Shown here piece by piece: positions 9,415 to 18,890 of a stretch of 64,000 nt of DNA. The translations under genes and the position numbers were made by a program. Positions within the stretch are counted from its first letter, which is position 1; each line of letters opens with the position of its first letter. The notes under the pieces were generated by a model. It made no database searches and had not been told where the DNA came from. It saw only the letters and a list, made by a program, of their open reading frames with translations. Source of the stretch: a virus; the IMG/VR virus record IMGVR_UViG_3300048592_000418, positions 38,005 through 102,004 of that record; one strand, given 5' to 3'.

Positions 9415-9701
9415 AGCGCGTGACACTTCACGAAGCCGAACGCCAGATCGTCGCCGGCACGATTGACCGGCTGACGCAGTGCATGGGAAACCCGGATGGG
9501 TGGACGCCGGGCGATCAGGCGTTGCTCGAATCAGCGCTGGAAATCCTTGGCGTTCGGCCGCGCGGATTCGGCGGCAAGGCAACCCCGGAGGAAATGATCG
9601 GATCGGGGAAACCGCCGGCGGCTCCGGAGGAATTCAAAACCGGATGGGCGCCGGAAAACGATGCGGACGATGAAGACGAAATGGACGATCCTTCCCACTG
9701 A
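9411..9701 (+). CDS. Hypothetical protein, acidic tail
   Basis: ATGA-coupled. Confidence 0.6.
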   Translation: MKRVTLHEAERQIVAGTIDRLTQCMGNPDGWTPGDQALLESALEILGVRPRGFGGKATPEEMIGSGKPPAAPEEFKTGWAPENDADDEDEMDDPSH

Positions 9702-10182
9702 TCGCTTTCTCGAAATCCACGAAGCGGAGCTGAACGCGAAGACGGCCGCGGAGCTGAAGCGGGACGCATGGGCCGGCGACGCGCTGCTTCGCGCGGCCGT
9801 CACGATTATCGTGATCGCGCTCGAACCGAAGGACGCGCAGCGGCGGAACTGGATCGTTTGCCAAGCCGTGAGCAATGAACACATGGCGATTTGTTGCCGC
9901 TCGTTCATGCCGCGCTCGCCGGCGGGACTGAAGCAGAGCACGGCGTAAAACCGCTATCGCGAAGACGTTCACCGACACGGGACGCGGCTCGAAGCGGCTG
10001 TGCTTTACGAATACCGGCGCCGCGGCGGGGCGGAACACGGCGGCATCACGGCCGCGATTGAGATTGCGCGATTCCTGATCTCGAAGACGTGCTTTGCCCG
10101 GACGAACGAAGCGGTAACTGTCCCGATTGACAACACGGCTTTGGCTGCTCTGACTGCCGTGCATGACGCCGAAACGAGCTGA
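9670..10182 (+). pseudogene. RNase III (Mini-III-like) domain protein interrupted by in-frame TAA at 9946-9948
   Basis: AWAGDALL and AVSNEHMA before the stop; GTRLEAAVLYEY after it in the same frame. Confidence 0.62.
10127..10162 (+). promoter_or_regulatory. Putative promoter of the ParB/methyltransferase cluster
   Basis: TTGACA at 10127; TTGACAACACG shared with the 43167 site; ATG at 10163. Confidence 0.5.
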
Positions 10183-10801
10183 CGGAATTCCAGTCCACTG
10201 CGCGCACTCGAAGCTGGTTGAGATCGGCACGTTAAAGCCGCATCCGAAGAATCCCAACACACATCCCGAGCGGCAAGTGAAGTTGCTCGCGAAGGTGATC
10301 AAGCTGAACGGATGGCGTCGCGCCATCGTCGTGTCAGACCGGAGCGGATACATCGTGAAGGGACACGGCACGCTGATGGCCGCGCAGCTCGCGAAGCTGA
10401 AGGAAGTCCCCGTTGACGTTCAGCACTACGAAGACGACGAAGCGGAGATCCGCGATCTGATCGCCGACAACCGGATCCCGGAATTGTCCTATCGTGAAAA
10501 CCGCAGTGTCGTCGCGCTGCTTCAGCAGCTCGAAGCGAAGGGACAGGACATCGAATCGGCCGGCTACGCGAACGACGAACTTCAGGCATTGATCGCGACG
10601 CTCGAAGCGAACGTGACGGACGGCGCGCAACGCGCGGGCCGGCGCACGCACAACGAAGCGGACACGATGCTAGTTCTCGGACCGTATCGCGTGAAGATCC
10701 CGCGGGCGGATTTCGCGAGCTGGCACGAAAAGATCCGTCAGCAAGTCGGCTTCAAAGCTGAAGACGTTCACGCGGAAATCCGGCGCCGGCTGTCCCTCTG
10801 A
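10163..10801 (+). CDS. ParB/Srx N-terminal-domain protein
   Basis: LKPHPKNPNTH, GW..AIVV, IVKGHG, LIADNR. Confidence 0.85.
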   Translation: MTPKRADGIPVHCAHSKLVEIGTLKPHPKNPNTHPERQVKLLAKVIKLNGWRRAIVVSDRSGYIVKGHGTLMAAQLAKLKEVPVDVQHYEDDEAEIRDLIADNRIPELSYRENRSVVALLQQLEAKGQDIESAGYANDELQALIATLEANVTDGAQRAGRRTHNEADTMLVLGPYRVKIPRADFASWHEKIRQQVGFKAEDVHAEIRRRLSL

Positions 10802-12327
10802 TGAAGCTCGTTCCCGTCAAACTGCTGACGCCGGCGGCATACAATCCGCGCGTCGTTGATCCCGAACGGCTGGCAATGGTCCGGCTGTCGCTGCGGAAGC
10901 TGGGCTGGCTTCTTCCCGTGTTCGCGACGGAGGAAGGCGAGATCCTGAGTGGGCATCAGCGCACGCACGAAGCCGCGGCGCTCGGATACACGCAAGTTCC
11001 CGTTCGGCCGCTCCCACCCATGGCGACGGGGAAGCTGAAGGCGCTGAACATCCTGTTCAATCGTTCCACGAACGACATGGACATTGACGCCGTTCCGGCG
11101 GAGCTGAAGGCGCGCATTTCCGCGGAGGACGTGCGCAAGCTCGCCGCGGCGCTCCCGGATCACCCGATCAGCTCGTTCCCGTGCATGCACGCAAACCGGG
11201 TGGAGATCGGGCCGCTCGTGAAGGCGAACGCCGGCCGCTGGATTCCCTACGCATACACGGTCGCGAAGTCGCTCGCCGCGCAGGGGATCACGATGCCGTT
11301 GATCGTGGGGCCGGATGACGTGGTGATCAACGGCATCGGCCGGTTGCAAATGCTCGCCGAGCGGAAGGAAGAAACGGCGGAAGCGATTTACCTGCGCGCG
11401 GAGCAAGCGGAGTTCGCGCGGCTGATGCTGAACTTCCTTTCGATGGATTTCGACCTGAAGGCGAAATATGCGGATCTTCTGCGTTACGGCAGTTTTCGCC
11501 GGCTGCGGCGGCAGCGCACCGAACTGGGACGCGGCTTCGTCTTCGCGATCACCGGGAACCGGGCCGCGCGTCATTTCGACATCACGGACGCGGCATCGCG
11601 CGAGCGCTGGATCGCCGAGCACGGCCGCAACGTGCTGGACTTCGGCGCCGGACACCTGACGGAAACGAACCTGCTTCGCGCCGTTGGCGTGGAATGCACG
11701 CCGTTCGAGCCGTATCGCGTGAACCCGGACCGGGAGGAAATCGACAAGGCGGAATCGCTGCGCGTCGTCCGCGAATTCCTCGCCGCAGTGGAGAGCAAGC
11801 GCGAGTTCAGCAGCATCTTCATCAGCTCCGTCCTGAACTCCGTTCCGTTCGAGGAAGATCGGCGCGCCATCGTGACGATTCTGCGCGCATGCGCCGGCCG
11901 GCGGACGAAGGTTTACGCCGTCGCCAGCAGCGATCAGCAACGCGGGTTGAAAAACATGGGGAAGAAGTTCCTGAATCAGCGTTCGGAGCAATACGGCTTC
12001 ATGCTCGCGGGTTACGAACCGAACGTGATCGTCGGCGAGCTGGCGACGAAGCCGAAAGCGCAGAAATACCACACGCCGGACGAGTTCCACGCGCTGTTCC
12101 GGACCGGATTCGGCCGCGTGTCCGTGAAGTATGACGGGGAAGGCGGCGCGAACATCAGCGCGATTGCCTGCGACCCGATGCCGTTCCGCTCGAAGGCCGA
12201 TTTCGCGCAGCTCGCCGCGGCGCTGGCGTTCGAGTTTGATCTTCCATACCCGGACGGCTCGCGCATGGGCATGGCGGAGGAAGCGAAGGCGGCGTTCGGC
12301 GAACGGCTGGGGCAGATCATCGCATGA
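10801..12327 (+). CDS. Tandem ParB-N domains fused to a class I SAM-dependent methyltransferase
   Basis: PAAYNPR, ILSGHQR, VINGIGRL; VLDFGAG; SSVLNSVPF. Confidence 0.8.
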   Translation: MKLVPVKLLTPAAYNPRVVDPERLAMVRLSLRKLGWLLPVFATEEGEILSGHQRTHEAAALGYTQVPVRPLPPMATGKLKALNILFNRSTNDMDIDAVPAELKARISAEDVRKLAAALPDHPISSFPCMHANRVEIGPLVKANAGRWIPYAYTVAKSLAAQGITMPLIVGPDDVVINGIGRLQMLAERKEETAEAIYLRAEQAEFARLMLNFLSMDFDLKAKYADLLRYGSFRRLRRQRTELGRGFVFAITGNRAARHFDITDAASRERWIAEHGRNVLDFGAGHLTETNLLRAVGVECTPFEPYRVNPDREEIDKAESLRVVREFLAAVESKREFSSIFISSVLNSVPFEEDRRAIVTILRACAGRRTKVYAVASSDQQRGLKNMGKKFLNQRSEQYGFMLAGYEPNVIVGELATKPKAQKYHTPDEFHALFRTGFGRVSVKYDGEGGANISAIACDPMPFRSKADFAQLAAALAFEFDLPYPDGSRMGMAEEAKAAFGERLGQIIA

Positions 12328-12475
12328 ACACGAGCTTCCGCATTCCCGGATGGAGTTTTCACGTTCCGATCCCAGTGGGAACGCGCGCAAGCGTCTGCAT
12401 CGTCCGCACGAAGAAGCAGAAGCCGAAAATCTATCTGGACGGGAAGCCGGTGAAGGCGCGCGTCCGGCGCACGAC

Positions 12476-12703
12476 ATGACCCCGGCCGCAACGCATTTCT
12501 GGCGATGGAAGACGCGGCTCCCGGAGCGCAAGGGAACCGGCTGCATCATGCTCGCGCGGGGCCGGCTGAATTCATGCCTGATCCAGTTCGTCGCCGACGG
12601 CTGGAAGGTGATCACGTCACGCAATGCCGTTCGCAAAGTCGTCGACACGGACAAGCGAAAACAGAACAACGACTTGCACGCCAAAACATCCGCAAAACTG
12701 TGA
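12476..12703 (+). CDS. Small hypothetical protein
   Basis: ATGA/GTGA overlaps; preceded by short ORF 12324..12479. Confidence 0.55.
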   Translation: MTPAATHFWRWKTRLPERKGTGCIMLARGRLNSCLIQFVADGWKVITSRNAVRKVVDTDKRKQNNDLHAKTSAKL

Positions 12704-13428
12704 ATTCGTCGACACCCGAAGCCGAAACAGGCGTTCCCGCTCCGCGCGGGCGCTGGGAATTCAACACAGCCGTCGCCGAAAAGTTCGACGAACACGTTCG
12801 GAAGAGCGTTCCGGATTACGAGGCGATCCAGTTCACGGCCGCGGCGCTGTGCGATTGGTTCGCACCGGCCGGCGGAACCGTCATGGACTTTGGATGCGCG
12901 ACGGGGCAGACGTTGGGCATGATCGCCGGCACGAATGCCGGGAAATCGCTCCGGCTGGTGGGTTACGATGGCAGCGAAGCCATGATCACGAAGGCGCAGA
13001 ACATGCGCGCGAAGGGCATCACGTGGCAACAGGGCTGGCTTCCCGGCTGTCTCGAAATCGGCCGCGATCAGCCGATCAACTTCGCGCTGTTCCTTTACAC
13101 GCTGCAATTCCTGACGCCGGAGGACAGGGCGCGCACGCTGAAAGCGGCGGCGGACCGGCTGGCGCCGGGCGGCGCTCTGTTCGTGGTGGAAAAGGTCTTC
13201 GGCAGCACGCCAGCGTTCCACGATCTGACGAGTCAGCTATACGCGGAAATGAAGCTGACGAACGGGCTGACGCCGGATGAAGTGCAGGCGAAGGCGCGCA
13301 GCCTGCGCGGCGTGATGCATCCGCTGACCGTGGCGGAGAACGAGGCAGCATTCCGCGCGGCCGGGCTGACCCGGCACGAACTGATTTACCGGCGGCTGTC
13401 GTTCGCCGGATGGATCGTGACGAAATAA
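12700..13428 (+). CDS. cmoA: CmoA-like carboxy-S-adenosylmethionine synthase
   Basis: WEF...VAEKFDEHVRKSVPDY, DFGCATG, YTLQFL, GGALFVVEK, K..NG, SLRGVM track E. coli CmoA over the full length. Confidence 0.82.
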   Translation: MNSSTPEAETGVPAPRGRWEFNTAVAEKFDEHVRKSVPDYEAIQFTAAALCDWFAPAGGTVMDFGCATGQTLGMIAGTNAGKSLRLVGYDGSEAMITKAQNMRAKGITWQQGWLPGCLEIGRDQPINFALFLYTLQFLTPEDRARTLKAAADRLAPGGALFVVEKVFGSTPAFHDLTSQLYAEMKLTNGLTPDEVQAKARSLRGVMHPLTVAENEAAFRAAGLTRHELIYRRLSFAGWIVTK

Positions 13429-13440
13429 CCCCCGCACCGC

Positions 13441-13725
13441 ATGAAAGACGAAAATCCACCCTCCGAACCGCCGAAGCCGGCGGCGCCGATCACCATGCTC
13501 GAACTCGAAGAATACCTGTTCGCGCAAACCGCGTCCGACTTCGCGAAACGTTCGAGCGCGGAGCACGCACACGCGCACATCCGGGAATCCTTCCGGATGC
13601 ACCGCTTCTTCGTCTTCACGTGGCTGATGCAGAACGGCGTCTCCATCCCCGTGCATCTCGTCGCGGACGGCGCGCATCCGCCGGTGGGACAGCAGGCGCC
13701 GGACAAACCCGTTTCCCCGTCATGA
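13441..13725 (+). CDS. Hypothetical protein
   Basis: Typical codon usage, ATGA overlap. Confidence 0.6.
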   Translation: MKDENPPSEPPKPAAPITMLELEEYLFAQTASDFAKRSSAEHAHAHIRESFRMHRFFVFTWLMQNGVSIPVHLVADGAHPPVGQQAPDKPVSPS

Positions 13726-14153
13726 GCGAATTCCGAAACAATTTGCGAAAGGGTGATCGCGTCGTTCACGCGGACACGAAGCGGCCGGGAAGCGTGGCAT
13801 TCACGCCAAAGGGCCGGCAGACGGCCGTCACGTGGCAGGGAACGAAGGTTCCCAGTTATTGCGACGTGATGACGCTGCGGCTCGTTCTGGACGATAAAGG
13901 CACGCTGGACGACGTTCCACCCGTTGACGGGGAACCGCCGGCGCTGGAAGGCACGGCCGCGAAGCGCGGGCACGCCGGAAGCATCCCGAAGGCTCCCGCG
14001 GCGCCGGCGAGCGCGCTGGACGCGCTGAAAGCCGAGCGCGACGGCATCGCCGCACGGATGCGAGCGCTCGAAGACGAGTTCCGCGGGCTGAAGCAGCGGC
14101 GCGAAAAGCTGGATCAGGCGATCACCGTCCTGACGGCGCCGGCGGGTGGGTGA
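13722..14153 (+). CDS. Hypothetical protein with C-terminal coiled coil
   Basis: ATGA-coupled; heptad-like tail. Confidence 0.65.
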   Translation: MSEFRNNLRKGDRVVHADTKRPGSVAFTPKGRQTAVTWQGTKVPSYCDVMTLRLVLDDKGTLDDVPPVDGEPPALEGTAAKRGHAGSIPKAPAAPASALDALKAERDGIAARMRALEDEFRGLKQRREKLDQAITVLTAPAGG

Positions 14154-14156
14154 ACC

Positions 14157-14852
14157 ATGGCCGAAGAAGCGACAGTAAAACCGCCGATTGAACTGACGGC
14201 CGCGCAGGCGCGCACCGTCCTGAAGGCGAATCGCGCCAACATCCCGAAGCACACGGCCGCGCTGCTGTCCAAGGTCGCGCGGAACAAACCCCTGACGGAC
14301 CGCGAGCGCGGACTGTTGGAAGGCGTTATTGTGAACGCAGAACGGAAACGGCGCGAGGGACAAAACGGGACAAAACGGCGCGCAGGCGCGGACAGAATGG
14401 GCCGGACGGAGCGGGATTTTGCCGTCGCTGTGCGTCGCCGGCGCGTTCTCGAATGCCGGATGCGCATGCTTCCCGTCCGGGACATCGCCGCAGAGCTGGG
14501 AATCGACAAAAAGACCGTCTGCGCGGATCTGAAGGCGCTGGAAAAGGAGTTCGCAGCGTTCGCGCCGACGGAGAACCGGGCGTTGCTCGCACAGCAGATC
14601 GCGCAAATGGACATCCTGATCGGCGAAAACACGGCGATGGCCGCGAAGTTCACGGCGCCGTCGGCGAAGGCGGCGTTCCTGCGCAACGCAGCGCAGGCGA
14701 TGCAGGACAAGACGCGGCTGCTGGAAAACGTCGGCGTGATCAAAGTCGTCCCGAAGGTGATTCACGCGGCCGGGCCGAACGACGGGCCGATCCCCATCGA
14801 AACGACGGCGAAGATCGTGCTTCTGCCGGCGCTGGAAGAAGGGAAGCAGTGA
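14157..14852 (+). CDS. Terminase small subunit (putative)
   Basis: HTH VRDIAAELGIDKKTV; C-terminal GPNDGPI motif typical of TerS. Confidence 0.7.
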   Translation: MAEEATVKPPIELTAAQARTVLKANRANIPKHTAALLSKVARNKPLTDRERGLLEGVIVNAERKRREGQNGTKRRAGADRMGRTERDFAVAVRRRRVLECRMRMLPVRDIAAELGIDKKTVCADLKALEKEFAAFAPTENRALLAQQIAQMDILIGENTAMAAKFTAPSAKAAFLRNAAQAMQDKTRLLENVGVIKVVPKVIHAAGPNDGPIPIETTAKIVLLPALEEGKQ

Positions 14853-15124
14853 GCGGGATCAACGCCATGATTGACCGGGCGTGCGGCGTGACGCCGGAAA
14901 TGCGGTCGCAATGGGCGCGCGACGCTGCGGCGCCGAAAATCGTGCTCGCGTGCCAGCGTTGCGGCGCGGAGAAATCGACGACACGGGATCCGGTTTGGCC
15001 GAAGTCTGCGGCGTTCTGTTTGTTCCCGTGCTCGGACTGCATTACGCGCGAGGAACGGCGGAATCTGATTCTGGCGCCGCTGGAATTTTTCGACGCGCTC
15101 GGCGTGCGGATCCCGTTTCCATGA
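14849..15124 (+). CDS. Small CxxC protein
   Basis: CQRC, CSDC; GTGA/ATGA overlaps. Confidence 0.55.
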   Translation: MSGINAMIDRACGVTPEMRSQWARDAAAPKIVLACQRCGAEKSTTRDPVWPKSAAFCLFPCSDCITREERRNLILAPLEFFDALGVRIPFP

Positions 15125-15303
15125 ACCAAAAACGGTTCAACCCGATGCGGTTTGCCGTTGCATGCGCGGCGCTTGGCGCTTTGCTGGCGCTCGTCTTCTT
15201 CACTTGCTGCGGCGAACGCCTGTGCGCATGGCTGACCGATTGGATCGATCTGCGCATTGATCGCGTTGGCCGATGGCTGAACAACGAACCCAAACGAAAA
15301 TGA
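15121..15303 (+). CDS. Small membrane protein
   Basis: Hydrophobic stretch FAVACAALGALLALVFF. Confidence 0.5.
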   Translation: MNQKRFNPMRFAVACAALGALLALVFFTCCGERLCAWLTDWIDLRIDRVGRWLNNEPKRK

Positions 15304-17045
15304 ACGGAATGCACATCGACACGAGGCGCGAGGGATTTCAGATGACGCGCGAACGCCGGCGCTCGAACGCGGAATGGCCGGCATGGCTGAACGCAGCATG
15401 GAACACCCCGATTGACGAACCGGGCGCGGTTTACCCGGACCCGAATGATCCGGATCGCTCGAACGGGCGCGTTTGCGTCAATGTCCACCCGGACGGCTGT
15501 TCGCGGCAGATAGTCGAATGGAACGAATGGATCATTCGCGAGGCTGACGGCCGGCTGTGGGTGACGGACAGCAGCGATCCGACGATTGCGAACATCGAAA
15601 TCGCGGCCGGTCAGGAGCTGAAGCAAGAGCGGCGCGCATACATCGCCGAGAAATTGCTTCAAACGGCGCCGGAATTGGCCGCTGAACTGGACACGCTCCG
15701 CGCCGAGTTGGCCGAAGCAAAATCGAATTACATCGGCGCATGCCAGACAATCGCGGCGATGCATGCCGCGGCCGTGGGTGGAATTCGGGGACCGAACCGC
15801 GGCGTCGTTGAAGACGTGGCAGACGTTGCCGAGCGGCTTCGCTTGCTCGAACTCTCGCGCACCGATCCCGAAAAAAGTCTCGCCGCGCACGCGATCCAGT
15901 TGAACGCGACGCTGCGCAAGACGCAGGAAGAACTTCAGACCGCGAACGCGCTGCTGGACGGGCTGAAACGGCCGAACCCGGCGGCAATCGATCAAGTCGT
16001 GGAACGGCTTTGGGGGAAGGCTGGCACGAACACGCCGGACACATTCCGGGATGAAGCGCGGCGGATCCTGCGCGAGCACTTCGGCGAGTTCGGCACGAAT
16101 GATCGCGCCGAGCTGGAAAAGCTCCGCGGCTACTATCGCCAGATCGGCGCGACGCTCGGCGATGACGCAGTGATCAGCCGAGTCCGGGCACAGGCGGACA
16201 CGATCAACCGGCTGCGCATGGAGCTTTCCGCGCTCGAAACGCTGAAGACGGACACTGAAGCGCACGCGGACAGGCTGGCGTCTGCGCTCGGATGGCTCGC
16301 GAGCACGTGCGGGACGCAGGTTCCGGCCGTGGTGGACGCGCTGCGAGCGCACGCCATGCGACGCGGCGCCGATTTTCAGGACGCCGGGCCGATCCAGTCG
16401 CCGGCGCTGATTCCCGCGCGAAAGCTCCCGGAGGGAACGGCGTTGCTGTATCCGGGCGTTCATCAGGTTCGCGGCGTTATCTGCGCGCGTGACGTGATCG
16501 TGACGCCGGCGAAGATTCCGGACCGGACGAAGCTCGTGATCTTCGATGGCGTGCTTTTCCACGTCTGGCAGGCGTTCGCGACGGACGCCGGGACTGTGCT
16601 GCTCGCGGCGCCGGATTCTGCCGTGATGGAAACGGACGACGAAGCGGACGCAGCGGAGGCAATGCGGCTCGCGGGAATGGCTGCGACGGATGAACACGTG
16701 ATCGCGCGGCTGCGCGCGTTCCCGCGTCCGCGGCACGTCGGCATTCAGCCGAAGCCGCTCCCGACGCATCCGGTTGACGCGATGAAGGCGATCGGCATTC
16801 CCATGGATCCGGACGTGGAACGCGATCTTCGTGCGCACTGCGACGCACCTGTTGACGTTTCGGCGATGGACGGCGGGCCGAAGCGAATCGGCGACGTGCT
16901 CGAACAGTGCGGCCGGGAACACGCGGAGGCGATGCAGCGGATTGAAATTCAGCGCGCGCAGTTGAACCCGAACCCGCCGGCGGAACTGGCTCGGCAGGCG
17001 ATGGCGAAAGCGCGCGATATAGTCAGCGAAGGGAATCACCCATGA
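15300..17045 (+). CDS. Large multidomain hypothetical protein with coiled coils
   Basis: Long ORF, ATGA-coupled. Confidence 0.75.
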   Translation: MNGMHIDTRREGFQMTRERRRSNAEWPAWLNAAWNTPIDEPGAVYPDPNDPDRSNGRVCVNVHPDGCSRQIVEWNEWIIREADGRLWVTDSSDPTIANIEIAAGQELKQERRAYIAEKLLQTAPELAAELDTLRAELAEAKSNYIGACQTIAAMHAAAVGGIRGPNRGVVEDVADVAERLRLLELSRTDPEKSLAAHAIQLNATLRKTQEELQTANALLDGLKRPNPAAIDQVVERLWGKAGTNTPDTFRDEARRILREHFGEFGTNDRAELEKLRGYYRQIGATLGDDAVISRVRAQADTINRLRMELSALETLKTDTEAHADRLASALGWLASTCGTQVPAVVDALRAHAMRRGADFQDAGPIQSPALIPARKLPEGTALLYPGVHQVRGVICARDVIVTPAKIPDRTKLVIFDGVLFHVWQAFATDAGTVLLAAPDSAVMETDDEADAAEAMRLAGMAATDEHVIARLRAFPRPRHVGIQPKPLPTHPVDAMKAIGIPMDPDVERDLRAHCDAPVDVSAMDGGPKRIGDVLEQCGREHAEAMQRIEIQRAQLNPNPPAELARQAMAKARDIVSEGNHP

Positions 17046-17863
17046 TCGCACTCACATTCACTCGCACCGAATGGGCGGCGTTCGGCATGGGCGCCGGCGT
17101 CGTCATTCTTCTGTTCCTGATCGCGGCCGGTCTGCTGTTCTGGCACTGGGGAAGAACGATCCCGCCGGAGTTTCGCGAGAAACCGCCGGGACCGCCGGAG
17201 CATCAGAACTGCCGATGCGTGCCGCGGCCGGAGCTGACGCCGGACGAGCGGGATCGGATGACTCACGGCCGATTTGAGAACACCCCGGATCCGAAACGTG
17301 ACACGCTGGGGCTGATTCTGGCGCGAATGTTCATCTTCGTCCCGACGGAAGGGCCGGCGGCGAACACGCGACGGCTGATCGATGGCGCCGAAGCGCAGGC
17401 GATGGCGCTCGGCGTTTACAAGGAACCGGCGACGGTGATCCGCATGCTCTCGAACCTTCAGCGCGGGGAATGCGCGTGCGTCAGTGTCGCCGGCGGCATG
17501 CTCGAACGGCCGCGCAAGCTCGGCGAGGTTCCGCATCCGACGCCGGGACGGGACAACGTGTCCCCGCTGCGCAATCACCCGGAACTCGCGGAGGATCCGC
17601 AATACATCCGGCAATGCCTGCGCTCGCGGGACATGGCGGAGGACTACGCAGCGCGCACCGGACGCCGGCCGGAGCTGTTCGGCTTGCGCTCGGCGGCGGG
17701 AAGCGGGATCCTGCTGACGCGCAAGCGGGCCGTGGAATTCGCTGCGAAGCATTATCCGCCGTCCGGCGCCGAAGACATCATTGCCAGTCTCGCGCGCGGC
17801 GCATGCAGTCGCGTTGACGTTGGCAGCGGCACGATCACGAGGTTCGAGCTGACGGCGAGCTGA
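17042..17863 (+). CDS. Membrane-anchored hypothetical protein
   Basis: N-terminal TM segment; HQNCRC. Confidence 0.6.
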   Translation: MIALTFTRTEWAAFGMGAGVVILLFLIAAGLLFWHWGRTIPPEFREKPPGPPEHQNCRCVPRPELTPDERDRMTHGRFENTPDPKRDTLGLILARMFIFVPTEGPAANTRRLIDGAEAQAMALGVYKEPATVIRMLSNLQRGECACVSVAGGMLERPRKLGEVPHPTPGRDNVSPLRNHPELAEDPQYIRQCLRSRDMAEDYAARTGRRPELFGLRSAAGSGILLTRKRAVEFAAKHYPPSGAEDIIASLARGACSRVDVGSGTITRFELTAS

Positions 17864-18099
17864 TGCCGCTCGCGCGAATGCATGTCATCCCAGTCGGCGG
17901 AGCGGAGCCGGTTCACGTCGCTTCGCCGAACTGCTGGTGTTATCCCGCGGTGAAGACGCTCGAAAACCCGGCGCCGGCATATCATCCGGACATGATTGTT
18001 CACAACGCCGACGATAAGCGCGAGCGTTGGGAACAGGTGACAGGACGGCCGCGCGATCCCGGCGCGAAATGGGTGAACGTCTGCGAAGAAGTCCCGTGA
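17863..18099 (+). CDS. Hypothetical protein
   Basis: TGATG-coupled; H...CWC.P...HN..D.RE. Confidence 0.6.
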   Translation: MPLARMHVIPVGGAEPVHVASPNCWCYPAVKTLENPAPAYHPDMIVHNADDKRERWEQVTGRPRDPGAKWVNVCEEVP

Positions 18100-18890
18100 G
18101 GAACATCCGCCGGCACAATTTGGACGAACCCCGGCCGCGACACGTCGAAAAGGCCGCGCGATCACCCGAAACCGCCGCGCGACGGCCGGAAAAGGTCGCG
18201 CAACCCGTGGAAACGGCACCGCGAACGGCCGCGGAGCCGGTGCGATACCCTCCGGAATTCGTCGGACCGCCGGCGCTCGAAGGCTACGCTCGCGCGCATT
18301 TCACGCGCTGGGGATGGCGCACGGAGATCCCGCGGGACAGGTTCGCGCGGATCGGCAAATGGGGCGAAACCGGGATTCAGGGAATCGGGCCGAACGGCCG
18401 GATCCTGTGCCTGTGCGGCTGCGGCCGGGAAGTTCCCGTGTCGAAACGGCACACGACGAAGTTCCGGCCGGGCTGCTGGGAGGAATGGGCGAAGGTTCAC
18501 GACGCGAGCACGGTCCGACGGCACGTCTGGAAGCGGGACAAGGGCGTTTGCGCGGAATGCAGGGTGGACACCGAAGCGCTGAAGCGCGAGACGGCCGCGA
18601 AGCTCGGCGAAGACGTGCGGCGCAACTGGGACGGGAATTTTTACTTCGTCGGCTTCAGCCGCGCGGCGCGCCGGGCCCACCATATCCCGCCGGGATTCCC
18701 GGACGTTGATCGCGCATGGTGGGAAGCCGATCACCGCGTCCCGGTGATCGAAGGCGGCGGGCTGTGCTCACTCGAAGGCATGCGGACGCTGTGCATCCCC
18801 TGTCACAAAAAGGCGACGGCCGCGCTTGCTGCTAGACGCGCCGCGGCGCGCGTTCCACCCTCCGCGGAATGCCAGCTTCAACTTTCCTGA
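18096..18890 (+). CDS. HNH endonuclease
   Basis: RDKGVCAEC...WEADHRVPVIEGGG...RTLCIPCH. Confidence 0.85.
   Translation: MRNIRRHNLDEPRPRHVEKAARSPETAARRPEKVAQPVETAPRTAAEPVRYPPEFVGPPALEGYARAHFTRWGWRTEIPRDRFARIGKWGETGIQGIGPNGRILCLCGCGREVPVSKRHTTKFRPGCWEEWAKVHDASTVRRHVWKRDKGVCAECRVDTEALKRETAAKLGEDVRRNWDGNFYFVGFSRAARRAHHIPPGFPDVDRAWWEADHRVPVIEGGGLCSLEGMRTLCIPCHKKATAALAARRAAARVPPSAECQLQLS

Noticed and set aside
10163-12327. ParABS partition system
   Set aside because: No ParA; ParB-N domains lack an HTH and are fused or adjacent to an MTase
10768-17051. Long minus-strand ORFs (10768-13221, 13386-14765, 15042-17051; also 62422-63831)
   Set aside because: Antisense shadows of GC-rich + strand genes; Arg-rich with no recognisable motifs
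17201-17222. HQNCRC as a second MuF gene
   Set aside because: Only a six-residue resemblance within a membrane-anchored protein; other MuF motifs absent
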